Below, piece after piece: positions 47,579-56,870 of a stretch of DNA of 64,000 bases. The position numbers were made by a program, and so were the translations under genes. Position 1 is the stretch's first letter. The number at the start of each line of letters is the position of its first letter. The DNA lies in NCBI GenBank assembly GCA_035625495.1, contig DASPPK010000053.1:5285-69284 (forward strand), written 5' to 3'. The notes under the pieces were generated by a model. That model made no database searches, had not been told where the DNA came from, and worked only from the letters and a program-made list of their open reading frames with translations. This DNA comes from Candidatus Acidiferrales bacterium (GTDB lineage Archaea > Thermoproteota > Bathyarchaeia > Bathyarchaeales > Bathycorpusculaceae).

Positions 47579-48406
47579 ATGAACGTTATGGCTGCGCCTC
47601 ATGAACTGCCTCCCGAACTGCCTCCTGAACTGCCTCCAGAAGAGGTTCCTACGGAGAGAGGAAGGACCGCTTACCGGCTTCTGCTGATTGTCCTGCTGGC
47701 TTCTTTGCTGCTGCTCACTCTGGTCGTTGTCTTTCCGCTTATTATAAATTCGGGGAATCAGCACTTAATGAGTTCTGACTGGTCGGGTTATACTGTTGCC
47801 TCTGACTTGAATTATCCGCAACCGAGCGTGACGGGCGTTAATGGGTCTTGGACGGTTCCTGCAGTCAACGGTTCAGTGGGAAACTCTTTCTCAGCGGTGT
47901 GGATTGGTATTGGTGGACAATTTGACGGTACGTTGATCCAAGCAGGAACTGAGCAAGATTCGACAAGAGGACAAGGGACCTATTCGGCCTGGTATGAGCT
48001 GCTGAGTGGGTCATTGGTGACCATTGATTCATTGAGCGTATTTCCGAGGGACAGCATTATGGCTTCAATATCGCTTTTGGACCCAACCGCTAACATATGG
48101 TCGATAGAAATTCATGATGTCACAAATGGAGAATCGTTCCAGAAAAATGTCGTTTATGTTTCCTCGTTGCTCTCTGCAGAATGGATTGTGGAGCGACCAA
48201 CAATAGGTAACTTTGTTACGACTCTAGCTGACTTCGGTCAAGTAACCTTCACGGGTTGCGCGGCGAACATCAGCAGCATAGTTGGAACGGTAAGCAGTTT
48301 TCCTCATAGCCAAATCATAATGTACAATCGTCAAAACACGCAATTGGTGAGTGTTTCAACCTTAACTTCCAAGGGCTCCTCCTTCTCGGTCAACTACCTA
48401 GGCTAG
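47579..48406 (+). CDS. membrane-anchored glutamic peptidase (family G1, eqolisin-like)
   Basis: DWSGY, WIGIGG...LIQAGTE (catalytic Gln), AWYEL and SAEWIVERP (catalytic Glu) follow the order of scytalidoglutamic peptidase motifs. The N-terminus has (ELPP)3 then one TM helix. Confidence 0.8.
   Translation: MNVMAAPHELPPELPPELPPEEVPTERGRTAYRLLLIVLLASLLLLTLVVVFPLIINSGNQHLMSSDWSGYTVASDLNYPQPSVTGVNGSWTVPAVNGSVGNSFSAVWIGIGGQFDGTLIQAGTEQDSTRGQGTYSAWYELLSGSLVTIDSLSVFPRDSIMASISLLDPTANIWSIEIHDVTNGESFQKNVVYVSSLLSAEWIVERPTIGNFVTTLADFGQVTFTGCAANISSIVGTVSSFPHSQIIMYNRQNTQLVSVSTLTSKGSSFSVNYLG
47603..47638 (+). repeat. 3 x 12-nt tandem repeat encoding (ELPP)3
   Basis: GAACTGCCTCCC GAACTGCCTCCT GAACTGCCTCCA; the copies differ only at the third position of the final Pro codon. 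Confidence 0.9.
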
Positions 48407-48548
48407 GAGATCATTACTGCTGAGTATGAACCAATATCCTCCTCATTCTTTGATGTTCAAGCATTTTCACTAAGCGTAAAATTCATTATTTGTCATTCTC
48501 CAAGGAGGTCGTCCAGTGAACGAGTTATTCCCCAAGAACGGCTTATTG

Positions 48549-48998
48549 TCACAGCACTTTCTTAGAGAGGGCTCTGATCGTTTCGTAGACTGATGCCGCT
48601 GTTGCAATGCTGATGACTCCTAGAGCGAATACATATTCTCTTGTAAGGATAGGTGGTCTAAGGAAAACTACCATGAATATCAATGAAGTTCCCAAGAATA
48701 CCGTGTAGAAGAAATCCCGAGGGACCAAAAACCTTCTGAACCGAATGAGGTTTTCAAGGATTATTCGATCCGCAACATAACCGTTCAACTCCTTTTTTAT
48801 TAACCCTGCCTCTTCTAGTTTGTTTATGTGATAAAGCGCCAGGGTCGGACTGCTCAGATTCAGCGCCCGCTGAACTTCGCGGATTCCAATTGGCCTATCG
48901 CTTTTCAATATAAACTTGTAAACCTTTAGTGTGAGCCCTCTCAGAACGTCCTTCGATTCGCTCACAGCTTTTCCGTCTCCATATGAGAAAGCAACCAT
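48549..48998 (-). CDS. winged-helix (ArsR-like) DNA-binding domain fused to two C-terminal TM helices
   Basis: 149 aa. PIGIREVQRALNLSSPTLALYHINKLEEAGLIKK, followed by two hydrophobic segments. Confidence 0.75.
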   Translation of the reverse strand: MVAFSYGDGKAVSESKDVLRGLTLKVYKFILKSDRPIGIREVQRALNLSSPTLALYHINKLEEAGLIKKELNGYVADRIILENLIRFRRFLVPRDFFYTVFLGTSLIFMVVFLRPPILTREYVFALGVISIATAASVYETIRALSKKVL

Positions 48999-49096
48999 AT
49001 CAAACTATTTGAAATATTGCTGTTCAAACTATTTGTACACATGTACAAAAACGTAGAATTAAATTTTTCACTGACTATTCATTCTGTTGATGCCTT

Positions 49097-50206
49097 ATGA
49101 ACTCCAAGATACAAGTGATCGCAGCGTCAATATTGGCAATCGGCCTTGCACTTGGGCTTGGAACGGTAAGCTATGGGTTGTTCTCTGAAACTCCAACTCC
49201 AACGAAGCTTCAAACAGTCTTGGATGTTTTCACGCAGAAAGGCGGCACAGGAATCAACGTTTCCGGTGGAAACTTTGAACCTTTTGATAACGTTTCTATA
49301 CTTGCTTATCTCACTCAGGGGGGCATCAAAGTAGAAAATCGTCCAGTGACATTTTCGATTCAGGAGCCAAATGGCACATATATGGTCAGGACAGCCTCAA
49401 CAAACGACTCAGGTCTTGCTGAAACAGATGTATCCCTTCTTCCTTCTGAGGGCCACGACGTGATAGGAACATGGCAAGTCCTTGCAAACGCAACGGTAAG
49501 CAATGAAGCCGTGAATGATACGCTTGAATTCACATGCGAGTCGCAAAGCGCTAGGATTGAACTCTTTTCTGAAAGTAACGGGGTTCCCAGCATCTCCTTT
49601 CTCCCAAACGAAACGGTTCTCCTTGAGGCTCAATTGTCGTACAAGAACGCCTCAATCGCTGGAACCCCGGTTACCTTTGATGTAACGACTCCAAATGACA
49701 CCGAATTCCTTCTGCAAACAGCGTCCACGAACAGCCTTGGAACAGCAAACTTGACCTTCAGTATTCCGTGGCCCTCAGAAAACTCCCTTGGAATTTGGCA
49801 AGTATCAGCTGCGAGCGAAGTGTACGGACAGGCCTTAAACGCCACAACATTCGTTGAATTTTACTTGCCCCCCGTAATAGACGTTTTCACCCAAGAGGGC
49901 GGCGTTGGACCGAACGCGTCAGGGGGAAATTTCACACTTAATGAAACTGTGGTTCTCTACGCCGAAGTTCGAGATGAGCTCAACCAGCCAGTGCCCAATC
50001 AAATGGTAGGGTTTGAAATAATAGAACCCAACGGAACAAACCCTGTCATTCTAGCGCGCACGACGAACTCTTCAGGAATAGCAAACGTGACATTTCCATT
50101 ACCGCCAGATCCCGCCTACCTTGGAACCTTTGAAGTCTACGTAACCACACAATACTACGGCATTTTGCTTCAGGACACCCTCAGCTTCATAGTCACGCAA
50201 GACTAG
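49097..50206 (+). CDS. secreted/anchored surface protein with four Ig-like (Big/MG-like) repeats, sequon-rich
   Basis: N-terminal hydrophobic signal/anchor. Internal duplication (LDVFTQKGGTGINVSGGNFEPFDNV vs IDVFTQEGGVGPNASGGNFTLNETV), repeated 'TASTN-SG-A' motifs, and many N-x-S/T sites. Confidence 0.75.
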   Translation: MNSKIQVIAASILAIGLALGLGTVSYGLFSETPTPTKLQTVLDVFTQKGGTGINVSGGNFEPFDNVSILAYLTQGGIKVENRPVTFSIQEPNGTYMVRTASTNDSGLAETDVSLLPSEGHDVIGTWQVLANATVSNEAVNDTLEFTCESQSARIELFSESNGVPSISFLPNETVLLEAQLSYKNASIAGTPVTFDVTTPNDTEFLLQTASTNSLGTANLTFSIPWPSENSLGIWQVSAASEVYGQALNATTFVEFYLPPVIDVFTQEGGVGPNASGGNFTLNETVVLYAEVRDELNQPVPNQMVGFEIIEPNGTNPVILARTTNSSGIANVTFPLPPDPAYLGTFEVYVTTQYYGILLQDTLSFIVTQD

Positions 50207-50319
50207 TCTAACCGAAAACTCGGATGAAACGATCCTTGGCCCGCGAAACATTTTTACTTCCATTTCTCCCTGTTCAAAGATTGCTCAAACGAAGCCTCAG
50301 CCGATGGTCAATGTCCATT

Positions 50320-50616
50320 TCAAACGATAAACAGTAGGAACACTGATGCAATTAAGCAGAACAATCCTACAAGGAACATCATAGCAGCGCTTGTCCAAAG
50401 TTTCTTCCGAGTTGGATAAATGCTGTAAAAGAATATTGAAAATGCTGACAAGAGAAATGTCACTGCGCCCAGCAGCAGCGTAAACTTCAGCGGAAAGGGA
50501 GTTTGCTCCCCGTGGAGACCTGTGACCTGCAGAACCGCCAAACTCAGTGCGGCCAACGTTCCAGGATAGGAAGCATTAACGATCGGTTTAATGAACTTCT
50601 CCTCAAATTCTTGCAT
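50320..50616 (-). CDS. small integral membrane protein, hypothetical
   Basis: 98 aa with three hydrophobic segments. No recognisable family. Confidence 0.5.
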   Translation of the reverse strand: MQEFEEKFIKPIVNASYPGTLAALSLAVLQVTGLHGEQTPFPLKFTLLLGAVTFLLSAFSIFFYSIYPTRKKLWTSAAMMFLVGLFCLIASVFLLFIV

Positions 50617-50950
50617 TATCTAGCCTTCTGCTCTCTTGTCGACTCAGTTTAAGCCCGTTAGGCCTTAAACTTTTTGTGAAAGCCCGTTTAAAGGATCAAT
50701 AGCGTGCTTTACAAAACTTGGGAAAATGGTTGTTGGAAGCATTGTCTTAGCACATGGAACAGTTAGATTCCTCTTGATTAGCTGGCTTAAGTCGAGCAAT
50801 AGCACACGCGTATCAAAGCCTCATCATATCGCTGAGGCGCTGGAAGTCATATAGAGGATAATCCCATAATAGTTAAATAAGTGGTTTGTGTCAGGAAATT
50901 ACAGTGTAATGGGAAAAAGAAAGGAGAATATAGATCGAAAGGAGAGGGAT

Positions 50951-52579
50951 ATGTTGAAATATTGGACAGTAGCGCTTGTTAGTGTGATTTTGTTTCTGCT
51001 TTTGGTTCAGGCTGGTTCGTTCCTGCTTGTCGTCAAAGGTCAGGCGCCTGCAGAACAGTTTTCCGTCATAAACCCTGGGCCCAGCAGTTACCCGTCAAGA
51101 TGGAATGCATCATCAACCGTGCGCAACTATAACACGACCGAATTCATCTTTTACAGCAATGAAACAGCACTCGACTCAACATTCTTCGTAAACGTCACGG
51201 TGACAAACGTGACAAACCTATACGGATGGGGCATGGGCCTAGTCTACGACAACACTACCCTAGAGTTTGTCAGAGCCTGGCTTCCGCCCGACGACGTGTT
51301 TGCTGGTGCTGTGAACGCGGGTGCGACTTTGATAACTCCAAGCGTGGTAATTGCTCCAGTCGACGCCACGCATCAAGAGATACAGTGGGGTGCCACCTAC
51401 ATTATGCCCACGCCTCAATGGGACTTCAATGGTACTGGCACACTGGCTCAAGTAGAGTTTCAAATAATAGCACAAGTGAACAGCACGAACACACAAGTGA
51501 GTTCATCGTTCACGTTCGATCCAGCTTGGACGAGTGTTTACTACTGGCCAAGCGGAACGGAAGTTCCAACGTTAAACACCGCGAGTTTTGTTTACGAGTT
51601 TCCGGTGGTTGCTCCTCCTCCGACGACAGCTGCCTTGGCGATTAGCCCATCCAGCATAATCAATTCGTCACTGGTTCCTACGAGCACCTTCAGCGTTAAC
51701 GTTACCATAAGTGACGCAACCGATTTGAACAGCTGGAGCATGAACATCTACTACAACAACACGGTGTTGGGCGTTGCAAATGCGGTGGAAGGAAGTTTTA
51801 TGAGCACCGTTGCAACAACGACGTTCGCGTCAAACACCACTCAAGACTATAATGCCACAAATGGACAGCTGACGTTATCCGACAATTTTACGAGCACAAG
51901 CGTAGGCGCTTCTGGAAGTGGCACGCTTGCTACGATAACTTTTCAAGTGTTGGCTAATGGTAGCACGCCAATCGTGATGGCGGACATACAAATGACTGAC
52001 TCCTTCAGCAGATCCATAAGCTACACTCAAACCAATGGCTTCTTCAGTAATATTCCAACAACCACCATCCATGAGGTTGTGGTGACAGACATTACGGCTA
52101 GTAGCTATTTCAATAGCACGTGGGTTTACCAAGGACGAGACGTCGACATCAATGTGACAGTCTTGGACAGTGGAGGCTTCTCCGAAAACGCGACAGTTAC
52201 CGTTTACTACAACGAAACGGCTGGCGACGTGGCTGGCGTACAAAATGTTGAGCTCATCAGCGGAGAAAACGCGACGCTCCTGTTTGTGTGGAACACGACA
52301 GGCGTACCAATCAGCTACACTAACTACACGCTCACCGCAGTTGCAACAATACCCACTGGCTCAAACACACTGTCCGACGGAACTATGCAGGTCAGAATTT
52401 TGGGCGACTTGAACGGTGACGGCAAAGTGGACATGGCCGATGTTGAGATCTTTATACTCGCGTTCGGTTCGTACCCGGGTCATGCGAGATGGAACCCTGC
52501 GGCTGATGTCAACCAAAACGGAGTAGTTGATCTTAACGACTTGGTCACCTTGTTTGAGCACTGGGCCCAAACCAGCTAG
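50951..52579 (+). CDS. secreted protein with two cohesin-like domains, a CARDB-like domain and a C-terminal type-I dockerin
   Basis: ATG 50951 follows GGAGAGGGA and is followed by a signal peptide. Cohesin-like segments: FFVNVTVTNVTNLYGWGMGLVYDNTTLEFV and FSVNVTISDATDLNSWSMNIYYNNTVLGV. Dockerin Ca-binding loops: DLNGDGKVDMAD and DVNQNGVVDLND. Confidence 0.8.
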   Translation: MLKYWTVALVSVILFLLLVQAGSFLLVVKGQAPAEQFSVINPGPSSYPSRWNASSTVRNYNTTEFIFYSNETALDSTFFVNVTVTNVTNLYGWGMGLVYDNTTLEFVRAWLPPDDVFAGAVNAGATLITPSVVIAPVDATHQEIQWGATYIMPTPQWDFNGTGTLAQVEFQIIAQVNSTNTQVSSSFTFDPAWTSVYYWPSGTEVPTLNTASFVYEFPVVAPPPTTAALAISPSSIINSSLVPTSTFSVNVTISDATDLNSWSMNIYYNNTVLGVANAVEGSFMSTVATTTFASNTTQDYNATNGQLTLSDNFTSTSVGASGSGTLATITFQVLANGSTPIVMADIQMTDSFSRSISYTQTNGFFSNIPTTTIHEVVVTDITASSYFNSTWVYQGRDVDINVTVLDSGGFSENATVTVYYNETAGDVAGVQNVELISGENATLLFVWNTTGVPISYTNYTLTAVATIPTGSNTLSDGTMQVRILGDLNGDGKVDMADVEIFILAFGSYPGHARWNPAADVNQNGVVDLNDLVTLFEHWAQTS

Positions 52580-53038
52580 ATCTTTCCATTTAACCCCTTT
52601 TTTCTTGCCTTCTGCAATGCGCTTTCTAACTCTCGCAAAAACATACGAGTTACGTCGCAGCAAATGTTAAGGCGCCGCCAAGGGTGCCTATAGCTCAAAT
52701 GGGCTTTTCCATACTCAAGTTGTTCAGGCTAACCATTTCAGCATCTCGCCCGCGCCCTTTTCTGACAGAGGCTGTATTTGTTGTAAAAGCAGCATAGCAG
52801 CCTTCTTCTCAGCTTTTTCCTTTCGTCTTTCGAAAGACTCCGCTAGGTCCTTTCCCATTGCGACAAGCGCTAATTCGCAGACTAAATATTCAAACCGAAG
52901 GGCTGAAAATTAAGGCGCGCTAGGTTCAAGCTTATCATTGTTTCAGTTATATCTGTTCTTGACTTTCGTTTGATTAATTGGGGAAGCGAGGAAATTTGTA
53001 TAAGTGTCGTGGCCTAGTGTGCAGCTAGGTGTGAATGA

Positions 53039-53482
53039 ATGTCAAGGATTCTTGTCCTTTATTACAGCAGAACTGGAAACACTGAGAAAATGGCTTTGGC
53101 CGTTGCAGACGGAGCCAAAAGCGTGCCTGGAACTCAAGTAGAGCTGAACTACTACGTGCCTCAAGAGGAGCTCATGGGTTTCGATGCTATACTTGTGGGA
53201 GCAGCAACCTATCATCATGACATGCCCGTTACCTTAAAGAACTATTTCGAGGAGGCCGCTGTGAAAAACGTAATGCTGAAAGGCAAAATTGGAGCAGCGT
53301 TTGGCTCATATGGGTGGAGCGGCGAAGCATCTCGACTGGTTCTCGAGATATTGAGGAACAGGTTTGGCATGGAAGTAACTGAGCCGCCATTATCAGTGGC
53401 ATATACGCCGGACCAGGCTAGTCTAGAAAAGTGCTTTGCTTTAGGTAAAAGGGTTGCCGAAAGCCTTATTCATAAAGCTTGA
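53039..53482 (+). CDS. flavodoxin-family protein
   Basis: 147 aa. FMN-phosphate loop YYSRTGNTE and a GSYGWSGEA loop. Confidence 0.85.
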   Translation: MSRILVLYYSRTGNTEKMALAVADGAKSVPGTQVELNYYVPQEELMGFDAILVGAATYHHDMPVTLKNYFEEAAVKNVMLKGKIGAAFGSYGWSGEASRLVLEILRNRFGMEVTEPPLSVAYTPDQASLEKCFALGKRVAESLIHKA

Positions 53483-53511
53483 CATGTGCTTACCGACTAG
53501 GAGGCGAAGGT

Positions 53512-53991
53512 TTGAGTTCCAAAGAAGAATTGATAAAGTTCCTGAAAGACCAAATCAAAGTTGAGAACAAAATTGTGGAATCGCTAAACAAGTCTTTGCC
53601 CGAAATTGGAAACCCCACAGTCAAGGGTGTTTTGAAGGGAGTATCCTTGGACTCTGTGAAACACGCTGAATTGTACGCCTCGGCAGTCATGCTGATGACT
53701 ACTGTCTCGAAAGCTCTGACGCAAGAAAACCTTGACAAACAAAAGGATCTCGTGGAAAAACACATTCAGATGGAGGCGGAGCTTATTGAGAAAATAAGCA
53801 AAGTACTTCCTTCCGTCAAAGACAACAAGGTCAAACTGTTGCTGAGCGCGATACTGGCGGATGAGAAGAGACATCATGGTCTCTTGAAACAAGTGCTGGA
53901 AATCCTTGTCAAAGGAGAAACAATAACAGAAGCAGACTGGTGGGATGTTCTTTGGAAAGACGTGCCATTCCACGGAGCACCCGGAGGCTAG
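53512..53991 (+). CDS. ferritin-like four-helix-bundle protein
   Basis: Helical, with E/H-containing segments (VENKIVE, DSVKHAE, MEAELIE, DEKRHH). TTG 53512 has AGGAGG 7 nt upstream; the ORF track starts at 53479. Confidence 0.65.
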   Translation: MSSKEELIKFLKDQIKVENKIVESLNKSLPEIGNPTVKGVLKGVSLDSVKHAELYASAVMLMTTVSKALTQENLDKQKDLVEKHIQMEAELIEKISKVLPSVKDNKVKLLLSAILADEKRHHGLLKQVLEILVKGETITEADWWDVLWKDVPFHGAPGG

Positions 53992-54121
53992 ACATCAACG
54001 CCCTAATGAAATACGCCTTGTTCCATTCATTTTTTGAATGTGCTGGCTCGAAACGATTGGTTTAAATGGTAACATCACAAAGTAATCACCAAAGAGACCT
54101 GAGTCCTTAAAGGCGGAAAAC

Positions 54122-54313
54122 ATGGCTACGATCAAAATCGATAACGCCAAGTGCTTGAAAGAAAAAGAAAAGATCTGCGTGGAGATATGCCCATTTTCAG
54201 TTTTCCGTGAAGGAAATACAAAAAGAGTAGAGATTGTGAAGGTGGAGAACTGTATAATGTGCAGAACCTGTGTCGTCAACTGCCCAGGTCAGGCGATAGA
54301 CATTCTGGTTTGA
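54122..54313 (+). CDS. small 4Fe-4S ferredoxin-domain protein
   Basis: 63 aa. C..C..EICP plus CIMCRTCVVNCP. Confidence 0.75.
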   Translation: MATIKIDNAKCLKEKEKICVEICPFSVFREGNTKRVEIVKVENCIMCRTCVVNCPGQAIDILV

Positions 54314-54319
54314 AAGGCC

Positions 54320-55729
54320 TTACAAAATTGTGAGCACCTTGCCTCCTTGATTCTTTATCTCGACTCTTAGCTTTTCGTCAGTGGTTCTCGTGGCGCATTT
54401 TATGCAGGGGTCGTAGGCCCTTATTACCATTTCAATTCTGTTCAAGAGTCCTGGCTTGACTTCGCCGTTGTGTATAAACTCGGTTGCAGCGTCTTTCACG
54501 TTCAGGTTTATCGCCTGATTGTTGATCTGCGTGGGTATTATCAGTTTCAACTGCTCCAGTCGACCGTCGTTGGACAAAACGTATTCGTGTGCAAGCGTGC
54601 CTCTTGGTGCTTCAACTACTCCAATTCCTCTGCCGCCTCTGGGTTCGACTTTGACCCTGGTGTCTGAACGTGTCAGGGTGTCGTCCTCTAGGAGTTCCTT
54701 CGCTTTCTCAACAGCGTACATCATATCAATCAGACGGGCGTAATCGAGGAGGATAGTGTTGTGCGCAGGGGTTCCGAATTTTCTTTTGAACTCACGCAGC
54801 TCCGCGTTGGCACGTTCAGTTGTGGTTTTGCTGTTCACGTTGATTCTTGCTGTCGGACCCACTTGCATGATGCCTTCAGGCCATCCTAGGGCTTTCAGGT
54901 ACGCAAATTTCGCGAATGTCCAGGGATAGATTTTTTCTTCGACGTGCTCCATGTAGTCTTGGGCTGCAAATTCTGCCACGTTTCCGCCTTCAGGATTGAT
55001 GATCCTTATGTTTCCACGGTAGAAGTTTATGGCGTCATCTTGCGTTAACGCCATGTAATGAGTCCTGTAGTCCCCAGCTCTCTTGAAGTCTGCCCAGTTT
55101 TTCTCGAAGAGTTCCTTGCCCGTGGCTAGAGCTTCTTCAGCAATGGCAATTGAGTTTTCAGCCTCCTTGACCAGCTCTTCCCGCTCTCTTTCCCCGAGGG
55201 GGTTGATTAGACCGCCAGGGATCACTGAGAGAATATGTACTTCACGTTTTCCAACAACGTCTAATATTTTAGCACCGAAGCTTCTGAGGGCTATAGCCCT
55301 TTTTCCCACGTCAGGTCTTTCTCGCATAATCTGGAATAGGTTTCTCTTCGAAGGGTCCTCTTCAAGAGGAAACCAGAAATCGGGAAGAGTGAGAAAGTAG
55401 ATGACCAGAGAGTGATTGCTGACTATTTGTCCCATGAGCAGAAGTTCACGGAGTTTCCGGGCTGTCTCAGTAATCTCTGTTTGGTAAATGCTTTCTATGG
55501 CTTCCACAGATGCCATTATGTGGGCAGTTGAGCAAACGCCGCATATCCTTGAGATTATGAATGGTAGCCTGTCCGCCTCCATCCCTCTCAGGAAATATTC
55601 GAAGCCACGAATTTCTGTGGCGTAGAAATGAGCGTCTGCAACATTTCCAGATTCATCAAGCATTATCGTGACTTTGCCGTGTCCCTCAATCCTCGTCGTC
55701 GGCGATATCGTTATCTCTTTTCTGCTCAA
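54320..55729 (-). CDS. [NiFe] hydrogenase large subunit, group-3-like (Mvh/Hyh-type)
   Basis: 469 aa. N-terminal RIEGHG, the L1 Ni-binding motif RICGVCSTAH, and C-terminal DPCIKCATR followed by a 21-aa tail. Confidence 0.9.
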   Translation of the reverse strand: MSRKEITISPTTRIEGHGKVTIMLDESGNVADAHFYATEIRGFEYFLRGMEADRLPFIISRICGVCSTAHIMASVEAIESIYQTEITETARKLRELLLMGQIVSNHSLVIYFLTLPDFWFPLEEDPSKRNLFQIMRERPDVGKRAIALRSFGAKILDVVGKREVHILSVIPGGLINPLGEREREELVKEAENSIAIAEEALATGKELFEKNWADFKRAGDYRTHYMALTQDDAINFYRGNIRIINPEGGNVAEFAAQDYMEHVEEKIYPWTFAKFAYLKALGWPEGIMQVGPTARINVNSKTTTERANAELREFKRKFGTPAHNTILLDYARLIDMMYAVEKAKELLEDDTLTRSDTRVKVEPRGGRGIGVVEAPRGTLAHEYVLSNDGRLEQLKLIIPTQINNQAINLNVKDAATEFIHNGEVKPGLLNRIEMVIRAYDPCIKCATRTTDEKLRVEIKNQGGKVLTIL

Positions 55730-56589
55730 ATGACTTTATCCCTCGCTTTGGCACGTTCAAACTTTGAAAAGATGAAAGTGTGGAAGACGAAGGGGTTGCG
55801 GTAGAGTTCCTGCTTAACCGTTTCTTCAGGGATGCTCGTTCTGCTCGCTATGACTTTGACCAAGAAGGCATACATGTCCCTCGACCGGTACATCATCGAG
55901 TCAGGCGGACCTCTGCATCCGAAGCACGTGAAGCCAGCTCTGGGGCATGGTGCTCCGCAACCCTCACGTGTTAGGGAACCCAAGCACACGAAGCCCTGAC
56001 TTACCATACAGAGCACGGGATCCGCTGGTTTTTCATATATCCCGTACAAACGATCGAGCTTCGCTGCAACTATTTTTCTGTGACATTCGGTGCACACGAC
56101 GCTTTGATGGCGTTCTGGCTGCTTGCCACTCACTATGCTTTTCAACGTGTGAACTATTAAGAAAGGCATAGGCGGACATCCTGGGATATAGTAGTCAACA
56201 TCGACAAAGTTGCATATGGGATACATGAGATCCTCAAGTTCTGGAAGTTTCGTCGTGTCGATCAGAGAATATTCTTTCTCTAACAGGTTCTTGAGGGCAA
56301 GCTTGTTTCCGAGGCTAGTAATTCCACCATGGGTCGCGCACAACCCCAAACCTACGAGTATCCGACACTTCGCTCTCACTTCTCTTATCAAAGTCTCGTC
56401 GTCCTTGGTTCTGACTCCTCCTTCAACGATTGCTACATCAACGTTTGGAATCTCTTTCAAGTCAATGAAGGTTGGGGAGTAGACGATGTCAAAGTCTCCT
56501 GCGAGAATTTCAATCAGTGCGTCACCAGCATTCAAGAACGAGGAGACGCAACCAGCACAACACGTCAAAGAAACTATGTTTACCTTCAA
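55726..56589 (-). CDS. [NiFe] hydrogenase small subunit (MvhG-like)
   Basis: 287 aa. N-terminal CCAGC proximal-cluster motif, GLCATHGG, and C-terminal Cys-rich region (CTECH, CLGSLTREGCGAPCP, CFGCRGP). Overlaps the large-subunit start by 4 nt. Confidence 0.88.
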   Translation of the reverse strand: MKVNIVSLTCCAGCVSSFLNAGDALIEILAGDFDIVYSPTFIDLKEIPNVDVAIVEGGVRTKDDETLIREVRAKCRILVGLGLCATHGGITSLGNKLALKNLLEKEYSLIDTTKLPELEDLMYPICNFVDVDYYIPGCPPMPFLIVHTLKSIVSGKQPERHQSVVCTECHRKIVAAKLDRLYGIYEKPADPVLCMVSQGFVCLGSLTREGCGAPCPRAGFTCFGCRGPPDSMMYRSRDMYAFLVKVIASRTSIPEETVKQELYRNPFVFHTFIFSKFERAKARDKVI

Positions 56590-56870
56590 ACCTTTTCACT
56601 CTTAGTCTTGAAAGACTTCGAGGCATTTCTAAAGAGTATGTGGTTGAAATTCCTTAAGCCTTTCTGTCCAGTGGGATACTGAAGGACTATGTATTTCGCT
56701 ACTCTTTTTTGAGGGTGCTCTTCCTTAAGAACCACAGCCTATCGGATTATTAGTCAAAGGAAAGGCGTCAAAGGCTGTTTAGAAAAATGGGAAAGATGAT
56801 TATCGTGTCACTTTGCAAGAATAATGATGTGCATGGCCAAAAGGCTTACAATCGATTTGGGCGAACGGGG

